From contig JAPOWG010000098.1 in the NCBI GenBank assembly GCA_026707745.1, positions 4,241 through 68,240 of the forward strand: a stretch of 64,000 bases of DNA, read 5' to 3'. Of this stretch, positions 46,109-56,238 are shown in pieces. Under the pieces are notes generated by a model. That model saw only the letters and a program-made list of their open reading frames with translations, was not told the DNA's origin and did not search any database. Each line of letters starts with the position of its first letter. Within the stretch, counting starts at the first letter, position 1. The translations under genes were made by a program, and so were the position numbers. This DNA is from Chloroflexota bacterium (GTDB taxonomy: Bacteria > Chloroflexota > Anaerolineae > Aggregatilineales > Phototrophicaceae).

Positions 46109-47254
46109 ATGTCAGATTACCGCATCCCCTTCAATAAGCCGACTCATCTTGGTCACGAATCGGAATACATTGCGGAGAGTCTCTCTTTGTCGCATATATC
46201 GGGCGACGGGGCATATTCGCAAAAATGTCATTCCTATCTTGAGCAACACCTCGGGGTGGCGCGCGCCTTGTTAACAACATCGTGTACGCACGCGCTGGAA
46301 ATGTCCGCTTTCTTGTTGGACATTGAGCCGGGCGATGAAGTCATAGTGCCGTCTTTCACGTTCGTTTCCAGCATCAACGCGTTTGTGCTGCGGGGCGCGG
46401 TGCCGGTCTTTGCCGATATTCGGCCGGATACGCTGAATATCGATGAAACACAGCTCTCGAGCTTGATATCCGCCCGTACACGCGCCATCGTTCTTGTGCA
46501 CTATGCCGGTGTTGCCTGCGAAATGGACGAGATCATGGCGATAGCGCGCAAAAATGGCATAGCTGTCGTCGAGGATAACGCTCACGCATTGTTCGCGCGC
46601 TACAAAGGACGGTATCTAGGCACCTTTGGCGAGTTGGCCACGCAGAGTTTCCACGAGACCAAGAACTTCACATGCGGAGAGGGTGGGGCTCTGCTTATCA
46701 ACGATCATGAGATGATCGACAGAGCCGAGATAATCCGCGAGAAAGGCACCAATCGCAGCCGGTTTTTCCGTGGACAGATAGACAAATACACTTGGGTTGA
46801 CGTCGGCTCGAGCTACTTGCCCTCGGACTTGCTAGCCGCTCATCTATGGGCGCAGTTGGAACTGGCCGAACAAGTGCAGGCGCGGCGAAGGGATATATGG
46901 GAGTACTATCAGTTGCATCTGGAGGAATGGGCGGCTACGCACGGTGTCGGGCTGCCGACGATTCCCCCTCACGTCGAACAAGCCTACCACATGTATTACC
47001 TGATATTGCCGTCGTTAGAGTGTCGAACGGCGCTGATAAACCACCTCAAGAGCCGGAGCATTCTCAGCGTGTTCCATTATCTTCCGCTCCATTTGTCGGA
47101 CATGGGCAAACAGTTTGAGGGTAAAGAGGGCGACTGTCCAGTGACCGAAGATATCGCCGACAGATTGCTTCGATTGCCCTTCTACCATTCGCTGACGCGT
47201 GACGAACAAGATGAAGTTCTCGCGGGGCTGTTCGCCTTTGAAGAATGGGAATAG
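46109..47254 (+). CDS. wecE: dTDP-4-amino-4,6-dideoxyhexose aminotransferase (WecE/DegT/DnrJ/EryC1 family)
   Basis: IPFNKPTHLGHESEYIAE..., SCTHALEMSAFLLDIEPGDEVIVPSFTFVSS, and the PLP-lysine context SFHETKNFTCGEGG, which is very WecE-like. Confidence 0.88.
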   Translation: MSDYRIPFNKPTHLGHESEYIAESLSLSHISGDGAYSQKCHSYLEQHLGVARALLTTSCTHALEMSAFLLDIEPGDEVIVPSFTFVSSINAFVLRGAVPVFADIRPDTLNIDETQLSSLISARTRAIVLVHYAGVACEMDEIMAIARKNGIAVVEDNAHALFARYKGRYLGTFGELATQSFHETKNFTCGEGGALLINDHEMIDRAEIIREKGTNRSRFFRGQIDKYTWVDVGSSYLPSDLLAAHLWAQLELAEQVQARRRDIWEYYQLHLEEWAATHGVGLPTIPPHVEQAYHMYYLILPSLECRTALINHLKSRSILSVFHYLPLHLSDMGKQFEGKEGDCPVTEDIADRLLRLPFYHSLTRDEQDEVLAGLFAFEEWE

Positions 47255-47555
47255 CAGTTTCATTTGCTTGCCGCGGCCATGCGCAATGGAGTCGGTTCAC
47301 GAAGTAATCGCAAATTTGCCTCTTCATCCCCGCGTTGTAGAAGTCGGCAATGTGTGGAATAATACTTTGGCGTTTGCGCAAGCGTCCCAGTCCAGGACCT
47401 GATCATGCCTAGTCGAGAGGCATGTGCATGTAGAATCTATAGCTAGCATGGCTATCGGAGGCAAGCATCGAGAGAAACATCCGCATAAGCAGGTAATTCA
47501 GCCTAACCCGCAACGGTAATCGTTGTCGGGCGTTTGTATTTGGAGAGAACCCCAC

Positions 47556-49214
47556 ATGGCTACAGAACCAATCTTCAAAATCACTCCCATTGGAGGTTTG
47601 GGAGAAATCGGCAAGAATATGACCTTGTTCGAAATGGACGGGGACGGATTCCTGATCGATTGCGGTATTATGTTCCCGGCGAACGATATGCATGGCGTCG
47701 ACTATATCATCCCTGATTTTCGCTGGCTTGAAGAGCGCGATGACATCGTATTGCACGGCTGCTGCTTCACACACGGGCACGAAGATCATATCGGCGCCGT
47801 CCAGCATTTGGTGCAGTCTTTTCCCGATTTGCCCCTTTTTGCCACGCCCTTGACCAGGGGATTGCTGCAAGTCAAACTCAAAAACGCGCGTTTGCTAAAG
47901 GAAACCGATCTGCGCTCGTTTGACGCGGGCGACGATCTACGTATCGGGCCTTTCAAATTGCATAGCTTTCACGTTTGCCACAGCATACCTGATTGTGTCG
48001 GCTTCGGCATCGAGACACCGCTCGGTATGGTCGTACATACGGGAGACTACAAATTTGACAACACGCCGGTTCATGGCCGGAAGACGGATTACGCCCGTCT
48101 TGCCAGCTTCGCTCGCAAAGGTGTAACGCTATTGTTAGCGGATAGCACCAACGCCGACAAATCCGGATGGACAGAGTCGGAAGCGGTGATTGGGATGGCC
48201 CTCGACCGGGTATTCCGCAATGCCACAGGAAGAATCATGGTTGCGACCTTCGCTTCGTTGATCTCGCGCGTGCAGCAGGTCGTCAATGCCGCGCGAATTC
48301 ATAAAAGGAAAGTCTGCATAACCGGGTATACCATGTCGGAATACGCCAAGATCGCCCGCAAGCTCGGTTATCTCGACGCTGACGGCGATATTCTGGTTGA
48401 CATCGGCCGGGCGCAAACTTTGCCGCCGCATAAAGTCGTTTTCATGGTCACCGGCTCGCAAGGCGAACCGTCTGCCGTCCTTGGCAAACTGGCGGCCGGG
48501 CGTCATCGCCAACTGGATATTCGCGAGGGCGATACGATTATCCTGTCGTCTCATCCGATTCCAGGCAATGAAGAAATGGTGTATCGCACCATCAATCGAC
48601 TGATCGAGCGCGGCGCCGACGTCATCTATGACGCGATCGAAGCGGTACACGTATCGGGTCACGCCTGCCAGGAGGAGATGCTTCTGATGTTGAATCTGAC
48701 GCAGCCGAAGTACTTGGTCCCCGTACATGGCGAGATCCGCCACTTGCATCTTCACGCGAAATTGGCTCGCGAGAACGGTATCGCCCCGGACAACGTGATT
48801 ACCATCGAAAATGGTACCACGATTGAGTTGTCCAAAAGCGGAGTCGCAATCGGTGAGCGGATGCCGGGCGGATATGTGTTCGTCGACGGAAGCGGAGTGG
48901 GCGATGTGGGCCCCGCCGTCATTCGTGACCGGGAGATACTGGCACGCGATGGCTTCATGCTGGTAAGCATCAATATCGACCAAGCCACAGGAAAACTCAT
49001 TGACGAGCCGAGGATCATTTCACGCGGCTTCGTATATCTCAAAGATGCCGAGGACTTTTTGGAGCAAATTCGCGAGAATGTGGCGGAAGTTGTCAACGGC
49101 AGTCACAATGTCAACGGGAATCGAAGGCATCTGGTCGAAGATAGTCTGGGAAAGCTGATCTACAGCGAAACTAAGCGCCGCCCCATGATTTTCAGCATTG
49201 TGAACGAGATCTAG
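47556..49214 (+). CDS. rnj: ribonuclease J (beta-CASP metallo-beta-lactamase)
   Basis: ITPIGGLGEIGKNMT..., motif HGHEDHIGA, beta-CASP blocks, and VHVSGHA. The ATG at 47556 follows GGAGAG. The track ORF starts 33 nt earlier. Confidence 0.9.
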   Translation: MATEPIFKITPIGGLGEIGKNMTLFEMDGDGFLIDCGIMFPANDMHGVDYIIPDFRWLEERDDIVLHGCCFTHGHEDHIGAVQHLVQSFPDLPLFATPLTRGLLQVKLKNARLLKETDLRSFDAGDDLRIGPFKLHSFHVCHSIPDCVGFGIETPLGMVVHTGDYKFDNTPVHGRKTDYARLASFARKGVTLLLADSTNADKSGWTESEAVIGMALDRVFRNATGRIMVATFASLISRVQQVVNAARIHKRKVCITGYTMSEYAKIARKLGYLDADGDILVDIGRAQTLPPHKVVFMVTGSQGEPSAVLGKLAAGRHRQLDIREGDTIILSSHPIPGNEEMVYRTINRLIERGADVIYDAIEAVHVSGHACQEEMLLMLNLTQPKYLVPVHGEIRHLHLHAKLARENGIAPDNVITIENGTTIELSKSGVAIGERMPGGYVFVDGSGVGDVGPAVIRDREILARDGFMLVSINIDQATGKLIDEPRIISRGFVYLKDAEDFLEQIRENVAEVVNGSHNVNGNRRHLVEDSLGKLIYSETKRRPMIFSIVNEI

Positions 49215-49389
49215 GACATCCCTCAGTCTCTTATTTGACAAATCCTCTTGCTCATACAAGGAGAAGGCTTGTTGTTTTGTGTGAGCGCGGCAGATCGACA
49301 AACTGACGCGCTGAAGGATCCCGATGCAACCAACCAACCTGAGCGCCGTATTCGACGAGTAGCAGACAGATTCTGGAGAGCGCTCACCT

Positions 49390-50079
49390 ATGCCACAGCC
49401 GGTAATAAGAGCTAGCAACATCACGCGAAATCTTAAATTGGGCAGCCACCTCGTCCATGCGCTGCGCGGGGTCAATTTGGAGATACTCCCTAAAGAAATG
49501 GTGGGTATCATTGGGCCATCGGGAAGTGGCAAGAGCACGCTTCTGGGAATCATCGGCGGCTTGGACAGCCCGACTGACGGCAAGATCGAAATAGATGGCG
49601 TCGACATCACGCGGATGAGCGAGAATCAACTGACGGACATTCGAAACCGCAAGATCGGCTTTATCTTTCAGTTCTTCAACCTGATCCCCACTTTGACCGC
49701 GCTGGAGAACGTCGCGTTGCCAATTGAATTCGCCCAGGTACCCCGGCACAAACCCAATCGCCGCGCAATGGAGTTGCTCGAAATGCTTGGCCTGGGTGAC
49801 CGGTATCATCATCGGCCGAACGAGCTCAGCGGTGGCCAGCAGCAGCGAGTGGCCATAGCCAGAGCCCTGGCAAACGCCCCGCCGATATTGCTGGCGGACG
49901 AACCTACGGGCAATCTGGATACAGTTTCCGGGGACACCGTGATGGAAGCCTTAAACACGATACGCGATGAGAAGGGGACCACGGTGGTTCTGGTCACGCA
50001 TGATCGCTCCCTGGCGTCACAGATGGATCGCGTGTTGACGCTTGTCGACGGTGTCATAGTGGACGATGCGCCCGGGTAG
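49390..50079 (+). CDS. ABC transporter ATP-binding protein, MacB/LolD/FtsE-like, with no cognate permease adjacent
   Basis: GPSGSGKSTLL, LSGGQQQRVAIARAL, LLADEPTGNLD, and VTHD. The flanking genes are rnj and a phosphoribosyltransferase. Confidence 0.85.
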   Translation: MPQPVIRASNITRNLKLGSHLVHALRGVNLEILPKEMVGIIGPSGSGKSTLLGIIGGLDSPTDGKIEIDGVDITRMSENQLTDIRNRKIGFIFQFFNLIPTLTALENVALPIEFAQVPRHKPNRRAMELLEMLGLGDRYHHRPNELSGGQQQRVAIARALANAPPILLADEPTGNLDTVSGDTVMEALNTIRDEKGTTVVLVTHDRSLASQMDRVLTLVDGVIVDDAPG

Positions 50080-50169
50080 AGTATCCTTTTCGGTTGAAAT
50101 ACTCTTAGCAGGTCCTCGATATGAGATCCTAAACCCAAAATACAAACGTTCTGGTAGAGGCGACTGCGT

Positions 50170-50325
50170 TGCTGTGTCTATGCGCAGCGGTTAGTCGCCC
50201 GCTACTCATCCAGTTTTTACTCGTCGGGCGATCTATCGGGTCGTGTAGACACTGACCTTCGATCGCCCCTGCCGGCTGTCAGGCGGTTGTTTTTCTTTAT
50301 TTCAACCAACTTCGATACACTACCC
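50170..50325 (+). repeat. long copy of the GGTCGCG/ACACTGAC intergenic repeat family
   Basis: See the feature at 10040..10250. It contains GGGTCGTGTAGACACTGACC and CCGGCTGTCAGGCGG cores. Confidence 0.75.
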
Positions 50326-50409
50326 TGTCAGATCGGCGGTTTTCCATGATTACCGCCGCAAGATATAATCTATGGTAGCGAAGTAGGTTCGCCAGCAAAA
50401 GGAATCGCC

Positions 50410-50961
50410 ATGTCCTCAGAAGTCCATCGTGTAGAAGTTGCCGGTATCAAGCGCGATCTGCGTTTGATGGAAATCAAACCCGGTGTCAGGATTGCCATCC
50501 TAAATATATTGGGTGATACCGAATTCGTGAATGCGGTGAGCAAGGCGCTCGCTGAACGGCTGGCGGACAAGCCCATTGACTATCTGGTCACGGCCGAGGC
50601 AAAGTCCATTCCGCTTGCTCACGCGCTCAGCACCGAGATGAATCTGCCCTATGTCGTCTTGCGCAAGACACATAAACCTTATATGGGCGATGCCTTGCAA
50701 AGCGAAACCTTGAGCATCACGACCGGTAAGCCTCAAACGCTATATCTGGATGAAAAAGACCGCAAACTGGTTTCTGGCAAGCGAATCGCCTTGTTGGATG
50801 ATGTGATTTCGACGGGCAGTACGCTGCAGGGCATGCGCCTTATCATAAACAAAGCCGGCGCCGAAATCGTGGCCGAAGCGGCTATCTTCACTGAAGGCGA
50901 TCGCGCGCAGTGGTACGACATTGTCGCTCTTGGCCACTTGCCGGTCTGGGTTGATGATTAG
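50410..50961 (+). CDS. purine/adenine phosphoribosyltransferase-family protein
   Basis: PRPP-binding motif RIALLDDVISTGSTL, with an Apt-like overall layout. Confidence 0.78.
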   Translation: MSSEVHRVEVAGIKRDLRLMEIKPGVRIAILNILGDTEFVNAVSKALAERLADKPIDYLVTAEAKSIPLAHALSTEMNLPYVVLRKTHKPYMGDALQSETLSITTGKPQTLYLDEKDRKLVSGKRIALLDDVISTGSTLQGMRLIINKAGAEIVAEAAIFTEGDRAQWYDIVALGHLPVWVDD

Positions 50962-51030
50962 GCCTAACGTTTTTCCAACAGACTGGATACAATAGCGGCA
51001 GAGATCGCTATATTACGCGGAAGAGTTGCA

Positions 51031-51615
51031 GTGTCATCGCTGTCCTCGTCGAAATTGACCATCGTCCTTTACTTGGTTGTCATCATCTTCATGGCTTTTG
51101 GTGGGACTATGTTGTACTTGTCCCGGCCCGAGCCGACAACAATTACGATTAATCCACCGCTCCCAACAGGGACCAATGCTCCTACCGCGACTCCGGGACC
51201 GATTCTCGTGTACGTGACCGGGGCTGTCAAACTGCCGGAATCTACTCATGAACTGCCTTTTGGCAGCCGAGTCCAAGACGCGATCGCGGCTGCCGGCGGC
51301 TTCGCGGAATCGGCGAACAAGACATTGGTAAATCTAGCCGGTATCTTGCGCGATGGCGATCAAATCCATGTGCCCTCGGTCGATGAACATGGCTTGACCT
51401 TGCCAACACCATCGGGCGGCGAATTACTGCGCATCAACACGGCGAGCGAAAACGAGTTGCTAGCGTTGCCGGGTGTCGGACCGGCGCTGGCACGACGGAT
51501 CGTAGCGTATCGCGACGAGATAGGCCGTATTGATAGTTTTGCCGAATTGGACAAGATCTCGGGCATCGGTGAAGCCACCATCGCCAAATGGCAGGATTTG
51601 ATCGCATTTGACTAG
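51031..51615 (+). CDS. comEA: ComEA-family DNA-binding/uptake protein
   Basis: N-terminal TM, an SLBB-like middle (VYVTGAVKLPESTHELPFGSRVQDAIAAAGG), and a C-terminal tandem helix-hairpin-helix (INTASENELLALPGVGPALARRIVAYR...LDKISGIGEATIAK). GTG start. Confidence 0.8.
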   Translation: MSSLSSSKLTIVLYLVVIIFMAFGGTMLYLSRPEPTTITINPPLPTGTNAPTATPGPILVYVTGAVKLPESTHELPFGSRVQDAIAAAGGFAESANKTLVNLAGILRDGDQIHVPSVDEHGLTLPTPSGGELLRINTASENELLALPGVGPALARRIVAYRDEIGRIDSFAELDKISGIGEATIAKWQDLIAFD

Positions 51616-52697
51616 CGGATGCGCGCACCCGTCGTAGCTTCGAAAAAAAGCGCGCGGGACCAGTCCAAGCGACAATAGACAGTCTCGCCGGGGGAAAAAG
51701 ATTGGTCGAGCGGCACCTGAATCTGCCAACGGCGCTTGCGTAACCAGACCTCGAGCAAGTTGAACTTTTCGGCATAATAGGGTGTGACACGGTCAACAGT
51801 CGCGGGTATACCGGTCGCTTTTTCACAGATGAGAATATGATCCGGTCGGATGCCGACGATGACTTCGCAGCCGTTTGGGCGGTGCTGCGGCAGTCGCGCT
51901 CGTCCCATGTAGCTGCCATCCCATTCGCCTTCGCTGACGACTCCCCAAAACTTATTAATCGTCGGCGTGCCCAGGAACTCCGCCACAAACAAACTGTTCG
52001 GATTCTCTTGCAAGCGTTCGTAAGGACCTGCTTGAATAATCCGTCCGGCATCCATGACAACGATACGGTCAGCGACGCTCATCGCTTCTACTTGATCGTG
52101 CGTGACATATACAAGCGTGACGTTAAACTCTTGTATCAGGCGCTTTAGCTCGACCCGGGCTTGCCCACGAAACTTGGCGTCCAGGTTCGCGAAGGGCTCG
52201 TCGAAGAGCAGCAATTCCAGATCGCGCGCAAATGCGCGGGCGATAGACACCCGCTGCTTCTCGCCACCGGAAAGATTCCTGGGGAATCTGCCCATCAAAC
52301 TCTCGATATCGACCCCGGTTATTTTAGAAACAGTTTCGACGTGAGCTGGCACTTCATCTTCGCGATCGCGCAATCGCAAGAAAAAACCCACAGTCCTGCG
52401 GCTTTCCCAGTGCGGGATCAACACATAGTTCTGGAATACCATACCGATTCCGCGCTCTTCAATGGGAATCGCGTCAAGCGGCACATCGTTGTAGTAGATT
52501 TCGCCCGAGTCGGGGTGGTCCAAGCCGGCAATTAGGCGTAGCAGGGTCGTCTTGCCGCAGCCTGACGGACCCAGCAGGACTACAGCTTCACCGTTCTCCA
52601 CGCGCAGATTGAAGTCCTTAATGGCCAGGACGGGCGTCAGTTTGCGGCTCTTGTCGTAAAAGGTCTTGCTCACGTTCTTGAGCGTGATCGTTCTCAT
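51612..52697 (-). CDS. sugar-type ABC transporter ATP-binding protein (MalK/UgpC/MsiK-like), orphan
   Basis: GPSGCGKTTLLR, LSGGEKQRVSIARA, LLFDEPFANLD, and a C-terminal TOBE-like region. The ATG at 52697 (MRTITLKNV) is preferred over the track start at 52790. Confidence 0.88.
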   Translation of the reverse strand: MRTITLKNVSKTFYDKSRKLTPVLAIKDFNLRVENGEAVVLLGPSGCGKTTLLRLIAGLDHPDSGEIYYNDVPLDAIPIEERGIGMVFQNYVLIPHWESRRTVGFFLRLRDREDEVPAHVETVSKITGVDIESLMGRFPRNLSGGEKQRVSIARAFARDLELLLFDEPFANLDAKFRGQARVELKRLIQEFNVTLVYVTHDQVEAMSVADRIVVMDAGRIIQAGPYERLQENPNSLFVAEFLGTPTINKFWGVVSEGEWDGSYMGRARLPQHRPNGCEVIVGIRPDHILICEKATGIPATVDRVTPYYAEKFNLLEVWLRKRRWQIQVPLDQSFSPGETVYCRLDWSRALFFEATTGARIR

Positions 52698-52869
52698 TCG
52701 TTCTTGCCTGGCCTCAGACTCTCCTGAATAGCATAACACAAGCGACTCGACAGGCCGAAGCAGCCGGGAATCGTGAAAGCCGAACATCATAGCTTACCTG
52801 GGCTTGCTTGCTGTATAATGAACTTCGTGTCACGCGCACGCGTGGATGTTGAGATAATGGAGCTGGACT

Positions 52870-53832
52870 TTGAAGCAAACGATTCAACCGGATCTGATAC
52901 CGGTGACCACTGCCGAGGAATGGCAGCCTGATCCCAAGAGCCCGCGGCGCCGTCCGCCTTGGATACGCGTCCGAGCGCCGAGCGGCGAGACCTATGAGCA
53001 GGTGCGCGCGCTGATGCGGGGCAAGACCTTGCACACAGTCTGTGAAGAAGCGCAGTGCCCGAATCTCGGCGAGTGCTGGGGCCGCGGCACGGCGACATTC
53101 TTGATGATGGGAGACACCTGCACGCGCAGTTGCGGGTTCTGCGACATTAAGACGGGATTGCCGCAACCGCTGGATTGGGGCGAGCCTAATCGTGTGGCGG
53201 AAAGCGTGCGCGCGATGGGACTTCAGCATGTGGTGATCACCAGCGTTAACCGCGATGACCGTCCAGATGGCGGCGCGCCTTTGTTCGCCATGGTCATCCG
53301 TAGAATCCGGCAATTGCAACCGGGCTGCTCGATTGAGGTTTTGATTCCTGACTTCAAGGGCAGTGAAGTGGCCTTGAAAATCGTCATGGACGCGCAACCG
53401 GAAATACTCAACCACAACGTTGAAACTGTACCCCGCTTATTCAAAAAAGTGCAGCCGCAAGACAAATACGAGTGGGCGCTTGCCACCTTGAAAAACGCCA
53501 AGGCAATGGACCCGCTTGTGTTAACAAAAAGCGGAATCATGCTTGGTCTGGGCGAGTCCTTGGCCGAAGTGCGAGAGACGATGCAAGATTTGGCGAATAT
53601 TGGGGTGGATATCTTGACCGTCGGGCAATACCTGCAGCCGAGCAAGCAACATCTTCCTATCGAGCGTTATTATACGCCTCTGGAATTCGACCAGTTGCGG
53701 GACGCCGGGCTGGAAATGGGCTTCAAATGGGTCGAAAGCGGTCCCTTGGTACGTAGCAGTTACCGGGCGGAGCGGCAAGTGCGAGAGCTGTCACGCCTGG
53801 ATCATTTCCGGCTACGTGAATCCAGCGGCTAA
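52870..53832 (+). CDS. lipA: lipoyl synthase
   Basis: [13 protein letters not shown] and the radical-SAM motif [13 protein letters not shown] start as given by the track. Confidence 0.93.
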   Translation: MKQTIQPDLIPVTTAEEWQPDPKSPRRRPPWIRVRAPSGETYEQVRALMRGKTLHTVCEEAQCPNLGECWGRGTATFLMMGDTCTRSCGFCDIKTGLPQPLDWGEPNRVAESVRAMGLQHVVITSVNRDDRPDGGAPLFAMVIRRIRQLQPGCSIEVLIPDFKGSEVALKIVMDAQPEILNHNVETVPRLFKKVQPQDKYEWALATLKNAKAMDPLVLTKSGIMLGLGESLAEVRETMQDLANIGVDILTVGQYLQPSKQHLPIERYYTPLEFDQLRDAGLEMGFKWVESGPLVRSSYRAERQVRELSRLDHFRLRESSG

Positions 53833-53833
53833 T

Positions 53834-53877
53834 GGGCTGGGTTCGCAGGTCCTGATTATTTGACCTGCGCATAGCCC
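53834..53877 (+). terminator. hairpin after lipA (possible terminator; no clear U-tract)
   Basis: CGCAGGTC (53844-53851) pairs with GACCTGCG (53862-53869). The stem is extended by GGGCT (53834-53838) pairing with AGCCC (53873-53877). Confidence 0.35.
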
Positions 53878-53943
53878 GGCATTGCGGTCCTTAGCTACAG
53901 CAGTTATAGTTTTACTACGCAAAGTAAGGTATGAGGTGTTGCC

Positions 53944-54534
53944 ATGAGCGCGTTTTTCGCGGGCCGCCGCGGCCAGCCGGATGCCGAATCGCAAGAAGCA
54001 GTGACTGTATTGCCTGTGGGTCAGCCAGTCGGCTTCGACACAGTCATCGGATCAAATAGTGAGACCGAAGGCAGTTTTACCAGTTCGGGCAATGTACGCA
54101 TGGACGGCAAATTCACCGGTACGCTCGAGATTGAAGGCAACATTTTGGTTGGAGAATCGGCCGATATCCGAGCCGATATCAACGCGCGCAATATCTCCAT
54201 CGCCGGCACTGTCCGCGGAAACGTGGCGGGGAACAAGGTGCAACTGTTGCGTACCGGGCGCATATGGGGGGACATCAGCGCATCGGCGCTGACCACGGAA
54301 GAAGGGGCCTTTATCGACGGCAAGATCACGATGATGGGTCACTCAGCGACGCAGCCGCCGACTGATGAGGACCTGATTGATCAGGAAGACTTGGTCAGAG
54401 TGCTGGACGATTCCAGCGCGAACCTGGACGATGACGGCAATGAATTGATTGAAGAAGCGGAAATCATCTCGAGCGATGATGAAACCGCTGTCATTGATAG
54501 AGTTGACGAGACAAACGACGAAACCAAAGACTAG
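53944..54534 (+). CDS. bactofilin-family cytoskeletal protein with an acidic C-terminal tail
   Basis: The beta-helical repeat pattern G.F.G.L.IEGNILVGESADIRADINARNISIAGTVRGNV.GNKVQLLRTGRIWGDI...L..EEGAFIDG is typical of bactofilins. Confidence 0.8.
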   Translation: MSAFFAGRRGQPDAESQEAVTVLPVGQPVGFDTVIGSNSETEGSFTSSGNVRMDGKFTGTLEIEGNILVGESADIRADINARNISIAGTVRGNVAGNKVQLLRTGRIWGDISASALTTEEGAFIDGKITMMGHSATQPPTDEDLIDQEDLVRVLDDSSANLDDDGNELIEEAEIISSDDETAVIDRVDETNDETKD

Positions 54535-54618
54535 CTGGGGATTTGTTAAACGAGTCTTCGCTTGTTAAATCCATGCGGAGCGACCCGCCGGCCCTTGCAT
54601 GGCGCCGTAACCGTAAGA

Positions 54619-55389
54619 TCAGATAGCGCTTGAAGTCATCCCTCCATCCACAACAAAGACGCCGCCCGAGGTGAAATCCGAAGCTGGGGACGCCAGGTAG
54701 AGCGCAAGTCCGGAAATATCGGACGGTTGCCCGATCCGTCCCGCCGGTGTTTGCGCGATCACCCCGCGCAGCAGATCGTCATTGTCCCAAATCGCGCGCG
54801 CGAACTTCGTCTTGATCAGCCCGGGCGCCAAAGCGTTCACTTGTATATTGTCGGCACCCAGTTCAACGGCCAGGGTCTTCGTCAGGCTGATTATGCCCGC
54901 CTTTGTGATGCTGTATATGCCTTGATATCGTCCCGGATTTATGCCGACAATAGAGGCAATATTGATGATTTTCCCGCCACCACCCGCTCGCATGTGCCGA
55001 ACAGCAGCCCCCGTTAGCCATACATTGCCCATGAGATTGACCTCTATCGTCTTGCGCCAATAGCTGTCGTCCGCCTCGAGAATGCTGCCGAAATGAGGAT
55101 TGGTCGCTGCGTTGTTCACCAGGATATCGAGCTTGCCGAAGCGCTTGATCGTTTCACTGACCAGGGCGTTCAGGGCTGCTTTGTCGCCATTATGCGCTGC
55201 GATGGCGGCAGCGATACCACCCGTCGTACGAATCGATTCCGCCGCCTCATCAAGCGCCTCCTGCTTGCGACTGGCAAGCACAACTTTTGCGCCGGCATCG
55301 GCAAAGGTCTCCGCAATGGAGCGGCCGATTCCACGGGACGCGCCCGTCACGACCGCAACCTTGCCGGTGAGATCAAACTGTTCGCTCAT
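54619..55389 (-). CDS. SDR-family oxidoreductase (FabG-like)
   Basis: TGASRGIG cofactor motif, NNAA, and the catalytic YSITKAG (YxxxK). Confidence 0.9.
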   Translation of the reverse strand: MSEQFDLTGKVAVVTGASRGIGRSIAETFADAGAKVVLASRKQEALDEAAESIRTTGGIAAAIAAHNGDKAALNALVSETIKRFGKLDILVNNAATNPHFGSILEADDSYWRKTIEVNLMGNVWLTGAAVRHMRAGGGGKIINIASIVGINPGRYQGIYSITKAGIISLTKTLAVELGADNIQVNALAPGLIKTKFARAIWDNDDLLRGVIAQTPAGRIGQPSDISGLALYLASPASDFTSGGVFVVDGGMTSSAI

Positions 55390-55453
55390 GTCTTGAGCCT
55401 CCGATTTCGCCGTCCTGCCGAGACATGTCTCAGCACAGCTCGGTCTGCGCCCA

Positions 55454-56131
55454 TCAACGCAGGTGGCGCGGGATGGCGCCTAGGACATGTAAGCCGAGCT
55501 TTTGCAGGTCGTCTTTATGGTGAATCCGCAAATCAAGGTATTCGGCCAAATATGCCAGCACGAGACCGATAAACAAACCTAGCCCCAAACGCAGGATTGG
55601 CGCTACACGGTTCGTCAAGGGCGGCGGCGCCGGAGTGATTACGGGCTGGTCGAGAATGGTGACTTGCGCGGGCTGGCCACCGAGTTGCGGGAAGTATGTC
55701 TGGTTGCGACTGCCCAAGACAGCCATGGCGGCCTCGGCAATCCTTTGCAGCGATTCGGCGGAACTATGGCCGAGGTAAATGACGCCAATGCTGCGCGCGT
55801 TGTCGGCAGCGATGCCCAAGCGCGCCATATCGATTGCAGGGTCGGCGAGCCATTCGGCGATTTCATCCCGAAAGCTGCCGCTGCGCACCCAATCGCTAAA
55901 GGCATTGACCGTCAATTCAGACGCCAGCCAGACATCCTGATAGTCGCCGTCACGTTGAGGCAGGATCAGTTCCTGCGCCGCGCTATACCTTATCTGCGCG
56001 CTGAAGCCCGCGGCGCTAGTAGCGGGCTCCCCGATCAAACCGACGATCACAAGCGCCCCGCTGAGCGCTACCGGCGCAGCAACCAGCCACCAACGGCGAA
56101 AAAGCACACGTGCCAGAATTGTCAGTTCCAT
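55454..56131 (-). CDS. Wzz / chain-length-determinant-like membrane protein
   Basis: N-terminus LFRRWWLVAAPVALSGALVIVGLI, a periplasm-type middle, and a C-terminal TM LGLGLFIGLVLAYLAEYLD. It is in a polysaccharide gene context. Confidence 0.6.
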   Translation of the reverse strand: MELTILARVLFRRWWLVAAPVALSGALVIVGLIGEPATSAAGFSAQIRYSAAQELILPQRDGDYQDVWLASELTVNAFSDWVRSGSFRDEIAEWLADPAIDMARLGIAADNARSIGVIYLGHSSAESLQRIAEAAMAVLGSRNQTYFPQLGGQPAQVTILDQPVITPAPPPLTNRVAPILRLGLGLFIGLVLAYLAEYLDLRIHHKDDLQKLGLHVLGAIPRHLR

Positions 56132-56153
56132 GCGATTTCCCTCCCATCTTCAA

Positions 56154-56238
56154 GCCGCTCGGCGGCAGCGAATTTGGGCTATCGTACTCACACAATATAA
56201 CAAACCTGCTCGGCTACCGCAGATCGCAGTTTATTAAA
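56154..56238 (+). repeat. intergenic repeat family 1, subtype A copy
   Basis: GCCGCTCGGCGGCAGCGAATTTGGGCTATCGTACTCACACAATATAACAAACCTGCTCGGCTACCGCAGATCGCAGTTTATTAAAG. Its end overlaps the stop of the GT4 gene (56234-56236). Confidence 0.85.

Noticed and set aside
47255-47555. Regulatory leader or terminator before rnj, including the hairpin CATGCCT-agtcgag-AGGCATG near 47403-47423
   Set aside because: The stem is only 7 bp and has no U-tract, and I cannot assess conservation. It may be a weak wecE terminator or part of an rnj leader, but the evidence is insufficient.
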